A stretch of 64,000 nucleotides of DNA from NCBI RefSeq assembly GCF_009914755.1, contig NC_060925.1; one strand, written 5' to 3'. The translations under genes were made by a program, and so were the position numbers. Numbering within the stretch: the first letter of the stretch is position 1; the number at the start of each line of letters is the position of its first letter. Positions 1 through 16,906 of the stretch are shown in pieces. The DNA comes from the human T2T-CHM13v2.0 reference genome, Homo sapiens. The notes beneath the pieces are model-generated. The model was not told where the DNA came from, made no database searches, and saw only the letters and a list, made by a program, of their open reading frames with translations.

Positions 1-594
1 AGAGATTATAGTTTACTAGATCAAAGTCCAACTGCAATTTTTTAAAAAAGGTGAAATACATATGATAGAAGCCTTTGTAATAGGAAAAGTGGTTATTTCC
101 ATCATAAATCGAATTCCTCATATGACCTTCGAGTTTCTTTTATGCCTCAGTTTTCCTAGAATTTTAAACTTTCCACAATGAAACCAGCACATGCATTTAA
201 AATGAGGTGATATGCATGTGGAGTTATATATTGGGCTTGATTAGCAGCCTAAAGGAATTTTTAAATATACCAATATTTTTCAAAAATATGTAAAATAGGC
301 TACAAGTTTAAAGTTTGCAATCATAAAAATAATTATATGAAGTGGCAAAAACCCTGTCAACTATGCTATTGATATGGAAATAAAAAGTTACATTTCTGAA
401 GAAGAGAATTTAGCAGAATCTTAACAAAGCCAACCAAGCAAAACAATTTCTAATCTACTGCTGGATTCTACATAGTCTCCTAATTTTAAATGATGTTTTA
501 AATATTTGGGTGATTAAAATACGAAGCTACAAAACCTGATTTTATGAGACTTGTGGAAATACATTAATACTAAAGAACAGTGAAAAAAATCTAA

Positions 595-1063
<469 letters not shown>

Positions 1064-1066
1064 AGG

Positions 1067-1254
1067 AGACCACACTTTGAACAGCAAAGTCTAGTACCTT
1101 GATTCTCAAACTTGACTGCATTTGGAATTACGCACCGATATCTAGGTCCCATCACCAGATACTCTGACTTTTCTGGTATGAGGTGCAATGGATCATGGAG
1201 AGTTTTAAAACTCCGCAGTTGGTTCTAATGTATAACAAAGTTTAAGAAACATTG
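1067..1254. mobile_element. MER5-family hAT-Charlie MITE remnants
   Basis: GACCACACTTTGAACAGCAAAG end, then GATTCTCAAACTTGACTGCA...GGTTCTAATG...TTTAAGAAACATTG. Confidence 0.7.
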
Positions 1255-1610
1255 GTTTAATATATACCCCAGGTCTGATAATTAGGTCCTTGATTGTTCT
1301 ACTTTGTGTGAGATCTAGTCTCAAAAGTCTACATAACATGATTATCGCCATTCTCACTTCCCCCTGCCTGGACCCCCACCAAATCACACACTGGAGCATT
1401 TCCTTGAATGGCTGGTAAAGATCTGCTAAATTTGGAACGTTTTCCTTGATGCTGATTACAGTTCCTGCTTGCCTGGATCTTTAAATCTGGGCTCTGACAT
1501 TGTTGGCTCTGAGATTTCCTATCATGGCATTTTTCTCCTGCCCATCAAATATTTATTATATAGCATTCTATAGCCACATAAGAAATATTTGATAGCATAC
1601 ATTTAAAAAG

Positions 1611-2500
<890 letters not shown>

Positions 2501-2870
2501 ATAGATTTTTTTATATACCAAAGTCTATTTGACAATGTTTGTCTAGCCTTTTCAATTGCTAACCTGATTGTGAATGTTTTAGGATATACTACAGAGGAGG
2601 TTTATCAGACCAGATGGTTCTCCACTCCTTTCATTTGTTTGATGGTTAGATAACTGTTCTTCAACTCTTTAGTCCCAATATACAGAGAGAAACCGTGAGC
2701 TTTTATATGGGCTGCATCTTTGTAAAATTCTACCTTGGCTTTTAAAATATAGATATGAGTGAATGGATGAGGTAATCTCTCCTTTAAAAGGAGTGCTCAA
2801 ATATCTCACACATCCCATCTGGATGCCTAACAGGTATCTCAAACATAATGTAGTCAAAAGAGAACATGCT

Positions 2871-3152
2871 GGGCGGGCGCAGTGGCTCATGCTTGTAATC
2901 CCAGCACTTTGGGAGGCTGAGGCTGGCAGATCACTTGAGTTCAGGAGTTCAACACCAGCTGGGCCAACATGGTGAAACCCTGTCTCCACTAAAAATAAAA
3001 AAATCAGCCAGGCATGGTGGCACACACCTGTAATCCCAGCTAATTGGGAGGCTGAGGCAGGAGAATCACTTGAACTGGGGAAGGGGAGGTTGAAGTGAGC
3101 CTAGATCACATCACTGCACTCCAGCCTGGGTAACAGAGCAAGACTCTGTCTC

Positions 3153-3180
<28 letters not shown>
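2871..3180 (+). mobile_element. AluS
   Basis: Full dimer, long A tail, TSD core AAAAGAGAAC. Confidence 0.95.
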
Positions 3181-3185
<5 letters not shown>

Positions 3186-4068
3186 CCACCGATTTTCTCT
3201 ACCAAATCTACTTCTCTTGATTTCAGTAAATAGCACCACCATCTAACCAGTTGTTCAGGTCAAAACTGAGTTGCCATCTTAGATTCCTCTCTCATCCTCA
3301 TCTAATCCATCGTTAAGTCTTGTTGTTTCCACCTCCAAAATGTTTCATCAATTAACCACTTTCACCCGCACTACTGCTACAACATTTATCTCTACCACCA
3401 TTTGCAAGGCTAAGGGTAAGGTCAACCAGACACCCAAATCATGATGAAGGCGGTAGTAACATAAATGACTCTGGACTTCAAAGGAGTGTTCTGGGCTAGA
3501 GATATCATTTGAAAGACTTGCGGGTGCCAGTAGTATTTAAAGCCATAAGACTGTATGAGATAACCTAGGGAGTATATAAAAATGAGAAAATGTTCCAGGC
3601 CCAAGCCCTGGAGCACTCCAAGAAAGAAGACTGTGTAAGAGTCCCAGAGAGATAGTAGAAGAATCAAAAGAAAGTGGTATTCAGGAAGCCAAGGCAAGAG
3701 AATGTTTCAAAAGGAAGAAGTGATCAGTTGTGCCAAATACTTCTTATAGATTAAGATGAGGACTAATATTAACCACCGAACCCAATTAATCTCTTGCCCA
3801 GACTACTACAAAAGCTTCCTAATCTATCTTGCTCACTCTCATTAGGCCTCTTTATGGACTGTGTTCCACAAAAAATCCACAGTGATCTTTCCGAAGCTTA
3901 ATCATATCAGAGAACTTCTCCACTTAAACCCTTCAATGGCTACCCATTGCAAGTGGACTTTAAAAAGGCAAAGTTACACATCATCTGGCTTCTGCTTGCC
4001 TCTCTGAATTTATCTCCCTCCATGTTCCCCCCACTATGCTCCAATTATGTTAGCTTTAAGTTAGCTAT

Positions 4069-4380
4069 CTTGTTTTTTTTTTTGTTTTTTTTTTTTTGTT
4101 TGTTTGTTTTTGAGATGGAGTCTCGCTCTGTCACCCAGGCTGGAATGCAGTGGTGCGATCTTGGCTCACTGCCACTTCTGCCTCCTGGGTTCCAGTCCCA
4201 GCCTCCCGAGTAGCTGGGATTATAGGCACACGCCATCACGTTTGGCTAATTTTGTATTTTTAGTAGAGACGGGGTTTCACCATGTTGGCAGGCTGGCCTC
4301 CAACTTCTTACCTCAGGTGATCCACCCACCTCGGCCTCCCAAAGTGCTGGGATTACAAGCATGAGCCGTCGCGCCTGGCC
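4069..4380 (-). mobile_element. AluS with small right-arm deletion
   Basis: Antisense dimer; flanking duplication TATGTTAGCTTT(A/C)AGTTAG. Confidence 0.95.
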
Positions 4381-4403
4381 TATGTTAGCTTTCAGTTAGA
4401 TTC

Positions 4404-4891
4404 TGTAGAAGACACACACTGTTGATGGCCTATCCTTATCCTGCCTGGAGTTGAAGAGTTTTCAGCATTCTGACAGTTTCTCATCTTTAGCACTGTGTCT
4501 CTTTTTGTGTTTGCCTGAGGGCTTTCTTCAGGGGTTTGCTTGACCTCCACAGGTGCAACCTAGAAGTGCTGGGGCTTAACACCCAAGAATTATACTCAAC
4601 CAGTGAGATAGGGGAGAAGGCAGATACATAGCCTATCCTCTTGGTCTCTGGTAGGATGATCCGGAGTTAAGTTCCAAGTGGTTTATCAAAGGAGCCCCAG
4701 AGCCCCAGGGGAAATGAGCCTCCGTCATCCACAGCAGTAACTTACTTATAACATACCCTTTATTGGCTTTCCTCTCTCCGTGTTCGCCTTCTCCATTTCC
4801 CCTCTGGTGCTTCCTGGGGTGACTTCCCAAATAAACTACCTGCACTCAGTCTTTATCTCAGGGTCTATTATAAGAAATTCGAAGGAAGACG
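4404..4891 (+). mobile_element. LTR16-family (ERVL) solo LTR
   Basis: 3' signature TTCCCAAATAAACTACCTGCACTCAGTCTTTATCTCAGGGTCT; GTGCAACCTAGAAGTGC; ATACCCTTTATTGGCTTTCCT. Confidence 0.75.
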
Positions 4892-4990
4892 CATGCCCAG
4901 CCTCTTCTCAGCCTCTAGCTTTTGCAGGTGCTCTGCCTTCGACTTAGAAAGCACTTCTCTCAAACCTTTGCATGTCATCTTATCAGTGGA

Positions 4991-5347
4991 TGTCTTAGTC
5001 CCTTTGGGCTTCTAGAACAAAATGCCAGAAACTAGTAAGCTTATAAACAAGAGAAATTTGTTTCTCACAGTTCTGAAGGCTGGGAAGTCAAGGGTCAACG
5101 TGCAGACAGACTTGGTGTCTCGTGAAGAGCTATTTCCTGGTTCACAGATGGCACCTTCTAGCTATGTGCTCACAAAACAGAAGGGGTAAGAGCTCTCTCT
5201 TGAGCTCCTTTTATAAGGGCCCCAATCCCATTAATGAGGGCTCTTGTGACCTAATCACCTCCCAAAAGGCCCCACCTCCTAAGATATCACATTGGGGCAT
5301 AAGATTTCAATGTGTGGATTTGTGGGGGGCACATTCACACCACAGCA
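4991..5347 (-). mobile_element. MLT1A-type MaLR solo LTR
   Basis: TGTCTTAGTC...TTTCTCACAGTTCTG...CTAATCACCTCCCAAAAGGCCCCACCTCC...ACAGCA; 5-bp TSD GTGGA/GTGGG. Confidence 0.9.
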
Positions 5348-6187
5348 GTGGGCTTCAACCTGAATGTTTCATCATTAAAGAGCTCCCTGTCCCTTTGGTT
5401 CAAGTAGCTTCCATCAGTCACTCTATCCCTGTTGCAACTTCTTTATAGCATCAGTCAGTGCTAAAAGTTATCTGATTTATCATTCCATGAGTTTATCAGC
5501 TGCCTCACTTCTTCCGTCCTCACACTCAGCACATATCCCAGACACAGTCATGAGACACAACATTGTAAGAATTCCTTAAAGGCACAGACTGTCTCTCAGC
5601 TTCCTTGCTCAGCCCCTAAAACAGTATCCAGACTAGAGGACCCAGTCAACATTTGTAGACTGGCTGACCTAAGGCCTTGCTTCTCATAGTGGGGTACATG
5701 TACTCCTCCCCTGGCTGCTCGGTGTTACATCAGAGAGTCTGTATTTACATATCCAAGAAGCACAAAATATAACATATCTTCTAGAAACATAAATTTGATC
5801 AGAAACAAAGTGTATATATATGTGCATATTTGTGTATGGGTGTAGGAATATGTATGTGTGTGTATGTATGTAGGAAATATTTAAATCATTTACTTTTTAA
5901 TAATTAAATTTTTATTTTTAAATTTAAACAAACATATCTTATGGAGTAACATGGGAGATTCTCATGGGCTTTTATGATAAAATAAGTGTTCACTGTCCCT
6001 TGCTTTAGGGGTACTTTGATGGGAAAGTCTAAAAGCCTTCCTCGGAGGGACCCATACTCTAATTGGAAAAGGGAGGAAACTCTAATGGGAATGGATGGCT
6101 ACACAAACTGTCCCTATTTTTTTCTAAATTTTTACCATGTTCTCGGGAGCTTTAAAGCCATTACCCATACGTCCCCATTTTCTGGCC

Positions 6188-6735
<548 letters not shown>

Positions 6736-6789
6736 CCCAAAAGGAATAGGATGGTATTCCAACCCTAAGCACATTTCCAGGTCAGATAT

Positions 6790-7020
6790 CCTGCAAAGTG
6801 CTTTTCATAGGAGCTTGTATACCTGTGAGGTAAAGGAATAGTTATTCCTTTAATCTTCACAAAAGCCTTCCAGGTAGGAATTATAATCTTCAATTTCTGA
6901 AGAGAATATTGAGAAGTGAAATAATTTGACCCAGCTTCCACGGCTAGTAGGTAGTAGAAAGAGGATTCGAAACCATGTTGACCTGGTTCCAAGGGCCCTT
7001 TCTTCCACTTAGCACAGCTG
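6790..7020 (-). mobile_element. MIR
   Basis: TTTAATCTTCACAAAAGCC...GTAGGAATTAT...ATAATTTGACCCAG...GGATTCGAAACC. Confidence 0.75.
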
Positions 7021-7551
7021 AAAAACAACTGAAATGTTCAGAAGGAGCTTCTGCTGAAGCTACTAAAGAAAAGGATTTCTAGATTTCTAGATGTTCTTCT
7101 CAAAAATAACGAATGTATCAAAGGGGGTGGGGAATAAATATTTAATATTTTAAATGATTGCTCATTTCAACTGATCTTTTGAACTTATTGTTTGTAAAAT
7201 ATTGTTTTATATTCTTAGAAATAATTATTTTTAGACAATTGCGTGGAATTTTGAAGAAACAGACATTTCTGTTTGAATGCACTGTATATAATCAGTCCAC
7301 ACATGTTTCAATACATGGAAAACTGAAAATTTTTTCTGTGGCAAGATTTAAGAGATTAATCATACACATTTCTGAAGTAATTATGAACATATTAACTTAA
7401 AATTCAGCGTACCATACACCTAGTGAATGTCCAGTTTGTGGGCCTAAGAAAGCATACTTTAAAAGGTATGCTTTTTTTTTTTTGTCTAACTAACAAGTAC
7501 ACATTGACTAGGTAAACTCTTTGTTGAATTTGAATTGGGACTTAAATATAG

Positions 7552-7635
7552 AGTCATTCACCATGTAACTGTGGTTTGGTCAATGACAGACTTCATATAC
7601 CGTGTTGGTCCCATTAGATGATAATGGGGCTGGAA
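7552..7635 (+). mobile_element. Tigger3/MER7 terminal fragment
   Basis: AGTCAT...GTTTGGTCAATGACAGACTTCATATAC...GGTCCCATTAGATGATAATGGGGCTG. Confidence 0.65.
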
Positions 7636-8366
7636 TTACTTCCAACTTCCTCTCAGAGACCACGCAAGCAAGAAGAGAGTGGAATAAAATCTGTAAAGTA
7701 GTGAGAGAAAAAAAAAACTCACCAACTTTGAATTCTGTACCCTGCAAAATTATCCTTCAAAAGTGAAAGAGAAATAGACTTTCTTTGGCAAACAATAATA
7801 GAAGGAAATTGTTACCATTAGACCTGCCTTGCAAGGAATGTTCTTTAGAGAAAAGGAAAATGAGAAAGGTCAGAAACTCAGATCTACATAAAGAAAGGAA
7901 AAGCATTAGGGAAGCAATAAGTGAAAGTAAAATAAAAACTTTCATTTTTCTTATTCTTAATTGATCTAACAGATAACAGTTTGTTCAAAACAATAATAGC
8001 AACAACATATTTGATTGTGTATATGCATGTATATGGCTATTTATACTTGTATAAGTGCGATAAATAACAGCTATAATAAAAGCAATGAGAGGGAGAAATT
8101 AGAATTATTTTAGTATTAAAAGGAACTCATACTACCCTAGAAATGACATAATGTTATTTGAAAGTGGACTTGGATTAGTTGTAAATATGTATACTGCAAA
8201 CTCTAGGGCAGCCACTGGAAAAAAACTTTAAAAACAAGTATAACTGATATGCTGATAAAGGAGAGAAAATGGAATCATAAAAATTATTCAATTAAAACCA
8301 CAAAAGGCAGAAAAAGAGTGGAAGACAAAAACAGGGGCACAGAACAAGGGCAGCAAGTAGAAAACT

Positions 8367-8575
8367 AACCTGAGCACATAGCGAAACTCCATCTCTACAA
8401 AAAAATACAAAAATTAGCCTGGCATGATGGTGTGTACCTATAGTCCCAGCTACCTGGGGAGCTGAGGTGAGAGGATCGCTTGAGCCCAGGAGTTCAAGGC
8501 AGCAGTGAGCCGTGATCACCCACTGCGCTTCAACTTGGGTGGCAGTGAGACCCTGTCTCAAAAAGAAAAGAAAAG
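8367..8575 (+). mobile_element. AluJ, 5'-truncated
   Basis: GAGGATCGCTTGAGCCCAGGAGTTCAAGGC J-type right arm plus end of left arm. Confidence 0.88.
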
Positions 8576-8620
8576 CAGCAAGACCCAAGACCCAATTCTA
8601 TGTCTCTGTAAGAAAGTTAC

Positions 8621-8929
8621 TTCTTTTATTGTTGTTGTTGTTGTTTGAGACGGAGTCTCACTGTATTGCCCAGGCTGGAGTGCAGTGGTGCCATCTCAGC
8701 TCACTTCAACCTCCGCCTCCCAGGTTCAAGCCATTCTCCTGCCTCAGGCTCTTGAATAGCTGGGATTTACAGGCACCCACCACTATGCCTGGCTAACTTT
8801 TGTATTTTTAGTAGAGACGGTGTTTCACCATGTTGGCCAGGCTGGTCTCGAACTCCTGACCTCAGGTGACCAATCCACTTCAGCCTCCCAAAGTGCTGGG
8901 GTTTCAGGCATGAGCCACTGGGCCCCACC
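8621..8929 (-). mobile_element. AluSx-like
   Basis: (TTG)n tail; TSD AGAAAGTT(A/C)CTT. Confidence 0.95.
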
Positions 8930-8980
8930 AGAAAGTTCCTTTAAATATAAAGACATATAGATTAAAAGTAAATGGATGTA

Positions 8981-9120
8981 GGCTGGACACAGTGGCTCAT
9001 GCCCATAATCCTAACACTTTGGGAGGTCAAGGTGGGAGAACTGCTTGAGGCCAGGGTTTCAAGATCAGTATGGCCAATGTAGTGAGACTCCATCTCTACA
9101 AAAAAAAAAAAAAAAAAAAA
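8981..9120 (+). mobile_element. FLAM_C / free left Alu monomer
   Basis: Left monomer only, ending CATCTCTAC plus A tail. Confidence 0.85.
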
Positions 9121-9418
9121 GATGAAGGTATACGACACTAACATTAATCAAAAGAAAGCAGTAGTAACTATATTAATCTCAGACAGAGCAGACTTCAGAC
9201 CAAAGAGAGTTATTAGAAATAGAGGACATTATGTAATGATAAAGGGGTCTATTTTTTCCAAGAAGACATAACAATCCTTAACATATATGCACCTAACAAC
9301 AGAATGTAAAAATATATGAGACAAACTCTTTCACTTCACAGCATAATGCTGTGATAACTATTTCACAATCGGTAGTTTCTGCAGATTATTTATACTCACT
9401 TTAATTTAACCCAGGATG

Positions 9419-9760
9419 CTAGATTACCTACTAACTAAATAAGGAGGAATCTGTGCAATTGATGGCACTTCTTCTTACACGTAAATAAAATACATTGAGT
9501 ATTATAGAGCAGATGACATGGTTAAAATGAGTAGACTCCTCGTCTGGTCATTTGATTTTAGTTGATTCGGTTCATGGGGACTCTGGCTAAGGAACATATT
9601 TCAAACTCTTGGTATTATCCTCCTGATAATCATAGTAGTAGTCTCTCTGGTACCCTGTATCCTCTCAAAGTTTTAAACATTTCCATACAGCCATCTGCCA
9701 AACGTCAAATGGTATCTCTCCAGCTGGAAAAACAGAAACTCAAAGAAAACACATGATAAT
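9419..9760 (+). pseudogene. Degenerate ERV1 (MER4-group-like) env TM subunit remnant
   Basis: Hand translation LDYLLTK*GGICAIDGTSSYT*I (decayed immunosuppressive domain and CX6CC) and FGSWGLWLRNIFQTLGIILLIIIVVVSLVPCILS (TM anchor). Confidence 0.8.
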
Positions 9761-9887
9761 GAGGAGGCCACCATTGCCTATAAATGGCAAAATGATGGTA
9801 ATTGAGAGTAGTCCTGATGCCCTAAATTTTGGTCATGCTCTCACTGAGGTGAGAGAAACCTAGATGAGCATGACCAAAAGGAGAAAT

Positions 9888-10720
<833 letters not shown>

Positions 10721-11609
10721 TAAAAATATATATAAGGCAAAAATCGACAGAACTGCAAGGAGAAATAGATAGTCCACTATTATAGTTGAAGACTTTAACA
10801 CCCCTGTATATGAAATGGACACATCCAGTAGGCAGAAAATCAGTAGGGGTTTTCAGGATGATACTGTACAGTGCCATCAATCAACTAAATATAATCAACA
10901 TCCATAAGCTACTTTATCCATCAATACCACTATACACATTCTTCTCAAACTCACATTGGAATATTCACCAACAGAGACCACATTCTGGGTCATAAAACAG
11001 ACCTTAACAAATTATGAGAATAAAGATCATACAGTATATGTCTGATCTTAGACCAAAAGGGAATTAAACTGAAAATCGACAACAGAAAAATAGCTGGAAA
11101 ATCCCCCAAAAAACTTAGAGATTGAACAAGCACATTTCTACATAGCACATGGGTCAAAGAAGACATGTCAAGAGAAATTTAAAAATACTTGAAACTAAAT
11201 GAAAATGAAGACAAAGTTTTGAAAATTTGTGGGATGCAGAGAAAGTAGTGCTCAGAGGGAAATTTATAGCATTGTGTGCATATATTAGGAAAAAGGAAAT
11301 ATCTAAAATAAATCACCTAAGCTTCTACCTTAGGAAACCAGAAAATGAAGAGCAAATGAAATCCAAAGTAGGCAGAAGAAATGAAATAATAAGCATTAGA
11401 GCAGAAATTAATCAATAAATTAAAAATAGAAAATTAGTATGAAAATCAACAAACCAAAATCTGGTTTTCTAAAAATACCAATGAAATTGATAAGCCTGTA
11501 ATTGGACTAACTAGGGAAATAAAGAGAGAAGACACAAATATGATAAATAAAAGAAAGTACATCACTACAAATCCCATAGACATTAAAAGGATGATAAAAG
11601 AATACTATG

Positions 11610-12011
<402 letters not shown>

Positions 12012-12877
12012 GACCAATTCCTTCAAAGACACAACCTGCCAAAACTCATACAAAAAGAAATAGAAATTTGAATAGTCCTATATCTATTAAAGAAATTGAA
12101 TCAATAATTAATAACCTTCCAAAACTGAAAGCACCAGGCTCAGATGAATTCACTGGTGAGTTTTACCAAATATTTAAGGAAAGATATTACAAGAAAAAGA
12201 AATTACAGACAAATCTCTCACATGAACCAAGATGCAAAAATCTTCAACAAAATATTGGCACACCAAATCCAAAATGTACAAAGAGAATTCATACCAAATC
12301 AAGTTAGGATTCATTCCAGGTATGCAAAACCGATTAAACATTCAAAAATCAATTAATATAATAATCACATGACATGAACGGGTTAAGAAGAAAAATCCCA
12401 TGATCGTGTCAATAGATGCATTAAAAAATCTGATAAAATTCACCACCAATTTGTTGTAAAAATTCTCAGTAAACCAGATATAGATAGGAACTTCTTTAAT
12501 TTGATGAAAAATACGAAAAAGAAATCCTACAGCTAACATCTTACTTAGTGGTGAGAAACTCAAAGCTTTCTCACCAAGATCAGGAATAAGGCAAGGGTAT
12601 CCCCTGTCATCACTGCTTTTCAATATCATACTGAAAGTCATAGCAAATGCACTAAGACAAGAAAAGGAAATAAAAAGTATACAGATTGGGAAGGAAGAAA
12701 TAAAGCTGTCTTTTTCATTGATGACATGGTAGTCTATGTAGAAAATCCAAAAGAACTGACACACACAAAAAGACTTCCCGGGACTAATAAGTGATTATAG
12801 CAGGGTTGTGGGATACAAGGTTAACACACAAAAGTCAATCACTTCTCAATATACCAGCAATGAACAAGTGGAATTTG

Positions 12878-13317
<440 letters not shown>

Positions 13318-14622
13318 TAACTAAATAAATGGAGAGAGATTCCATATTGATGGATAAGAAGACTCAATATTGCCAAGATGTCAGTTCTTCCCAACTAAAT
13401 CTATAGATTTAAAGCAATCTCAATTTGTCAAAATAATTCTGGCAAATTATTTTGTGGATATCAACAAACTGATTCTAAAGTAACCAACATAATATTGAAG
13501 GAAGAGAACAAAGTTGAAGGACTGATTCTACCCAACCTCAAGACATACCATAAATTTACATTAATCAAGACACTGTGGTATTTGTGGAAGAAGAGACAAA
13601 TAGATCAAAGAAACAGAATAGAGCCCAGAAATAGACCCACAGAAATATAGTCAACTGATCTTTCCAAGAGGAACAAAGGCAATATATTGGAAGAAAGTCT
13701 TCTCAACAAATGGCGCTGAACAACTGACATCTACATGTAAAAAATAAATGTAAACCCAGAGCATACACCCTTTACAAAAATTAACTCAAAATGGATCATC
13801 AATCTAAATGTAAACCACAAAAGTATAAAACTCCTAGAAGATAACGTAGGAGGAAATTTGATGGCATTGGGTTTGGAAACAGCTTTTTAGAAGGAAAAAC
13901 AAAGGCATAATCTATGAAAGAAAAAAATTGATAAAGCGGACTTCATTAAGATTTAAAATTTCTGCTTTGCAAAAGACACTGGCTAGAGAATGAAAAGAGA
14001 AGTCACAGACTGGGAGAAAATATTTGTGAAAGATGTATCAGATAAAGAACTGTTACCTAAAATATACAAAGAACTCCTAAAATTCAACAATAAGAACACA
14101 AACCCGATTTAAAAATGGGCCAAAGACCTTAACAGGCACCTCCCCAAAGAAGATATACAGATGGCAAATAAGCATATGAAAGATGTTCCATGTCATATGT
14201 CATTATTATACATTCATTCAAACCCATAGAAGGTACAAAATCAAGAGTGAACCCTAATGTAAACTATGGACTCCCGGTGATGATGTATCAAGGTAGGTTC
14301 ATCAGTTGTAACAAATGTACCACACTGGTTCAGGATGCTAACAATGGAGAAAGTTACACATGTGGGAGTATAGGAAGGTATATGTAAAATCTCTGTGCCT
14401 TCTATTCAATTCTGCTGTGAACCTAAACCTGCTCTAAAAAAATAAAATTTATTTAAAAACAAAAATCACTTAGACCCCTTGTAGCTCTCACATTCATATA
14501 TTGTTGATAGGTTCACTGCCATATAGTTTTACCATATATGATGTAGTCCATTGATTGGTATTTAGTTGTGTCTTATTTATTTTTTTCAGAACATATTTGA
14601 TTTTCAGAAGCCTTAGCAATTA

Positions 14623-14990
<368 letters not shown>

Positions 14991-15049
14991 TAAATGCACG
15001 AGTACATTACAATAAAAAATTCCAGCATTGCTTTCTAAATTATTCCTCA

Positions 15050-15620
15050 ATTACTACCTTCAATCCCAGAGGTAGAGGCCATCATCATTATCCAGTTTGA
15101 CTGTGCCTTCCAGAATTTTTCCATGCATGTCCATGCATATATGAACATATATAAGTATATATATATCCTAGGGGTTAAAGGAGAGAAGCATCTTTTTTTA
15201 ACTTCACAATAGTTATTAGCTATCTTTCCATGACAATGTATATTGATTGTCCTTATTCTCTACAATTGCTACCTAGTGTGTCATGATATGAATGTACCTT
15301 ATCTTGTGAGTCGTTCTTCACTTGCTGGACATTTAGGTGGTTTCTTTTCCATATTTCCCCCCTCTAATAAATACTGATGCATTGCACATCTTAGCGTGTA
15401 TCTCTTTGGTCATATGTATGACTCTCCTTTCATAAGGTATTGAGATGAAATTTAATTTTAATATACTGCCAAGTCATCCTCCGAATTACAGTACCAATTC
15501 ACTCTTCCCATCAGCAAAGCTTGAGAGATTTCCACACTCTAGCCAATACTTGATGTTATCAAAAAACTTAAGTCACTCTAAGGGATAAAAATGTTAATTC
15601 TCATTCATATTTTTACTGAT
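15050..15620 (-). mobile_element. Ancient L1ME-type 3' fragment
   Basis: TGCTGGACATTTAGGTGGTTTC, ATACTGCCAAG...GTACCAATTCACTCTTCCCATCAGCA, GCCAATACTTGATGTTATC. Confidence 0.65.
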
Positions 15621-16906
15621 TCTTGTATGTACTAGATCTTCTCACTCATCGCAGTGTCCTTCCCAACTCCCATATGGCCTCATGACCTTTGTGGGGTTGT
15701 TTGTTTTCAGTGCTCTTCCCTACAGCTAAGTGTTTGCTCAGAAAAAAATCTGATATCACTTGTCTTAATGCAAATTTAAGTCAAGTGGTTACTATTCCTA
15801 CAGATATTGACATTTCAAACCTCATCTCTAATTGCAGAATAAGAGAGTGTACCAGCAATTTAAATAATCATATAAGAGAAAAATTATTTCTTGGACTAGG
15901 AGGTTTTCTCAACTCCAGATATCACACTATTGAGTAAAGGCCCTGGTCACGATCCACTAGGAATGACTTCATGGGTGGAAAATCATAACATTCTGGTTAG
16001 AAAACATTTGTTTATGCTAATTGCTTCTCAAATAATCTCAATATCAAAGGATTCTTCAAGTAGCAAATGCACTAAGCTCTGTTCTGAAAGGCAATGTGGT
16101 ATGGCTGTGGAGGGAAAATGAGATACTAGAGTTCTGCAACAAAATTCATTCATATTAATTAACAGGAGCCATAGTGAGGCACGGTTGTACATTTATGGGT
16201 CAGAAATATTTTCCTCCCAGTTTATGTGTGGAATCAGACATCTCAACCAGTCAGTAGGTCCTTTTTTGGAATAATAGAGGTCTTCCTATTTTTTCATCAG
16301 CAAATATATTGCCTCTGAGGAAGGTCTTTGAGACCAGGATTCATTTTGAAGAAATGTCTGACATAGGCCCTGCCATGCCAGCCTCTCTTGGCCTCAATTT
16401 TCTTATTACTTAAATGAAGCTAAAATGCCTTCACCAGCATTACAGGATGATATGAGATTAAAATGTTATGCCTTACGTGAATGTACTTTTATCAACTCTT
16501 AAGTGGAGGCTGTAATTATTAAGTAAGTCAACAAACAAAACAACATTTTGAGCACGTATGTGCCTGATACTTATATTTATAGTCACAAAGATCTTGTAAG
16601 AATAAATATTGTTGTTCCCAAGAGAAAGTATCAGCTCAAAGAAATTGAGATTCATGCTCAATGTAAATTTGGCAGTAGCAAAAAAAATTCAAACAAAATC
16701 TATCTGAATCTAAAATCTAGGTTCTTTTCAGCACATAATCTGCCTTCATCCTTTGACAGCATATCACACATAGTAGGTACTTAATCATTGTATCTCAAAT
16801 GAATGCAGAAGGGAAAGTTTACCTTGTGTTTGAATGCAGAATTTTGAATGTGATGAGACTTCACCTTATTTAAAGACGCAGGTTATCTAAGCCATAATTA
16901 TCAACA

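Larger units (their letters stand above)
2790..5668 (+). mobile_element. Fragmented L2 hosting nested Alus, LTR16, MLT1A and an antisense L2 piece
   Basis: Colinear L2 fragments (TGGATGCCTAACAGGTATCTCAAAC; CTCTTGCCCAGACTAC; CCCTTCAATGGCT; 3' end CAGTCAACATTTGTAGACTG). Confidence 0.65.

Noticed and set aside
7449-7483. Hairpin AAAGCATAC...GTATGCTTT followed by a T run, like an intrinsic terminator
   Set aside because: Primate nuclear DNA; short AT-rich stem overlapping a poly(T) run; no Pol III gene upstream.
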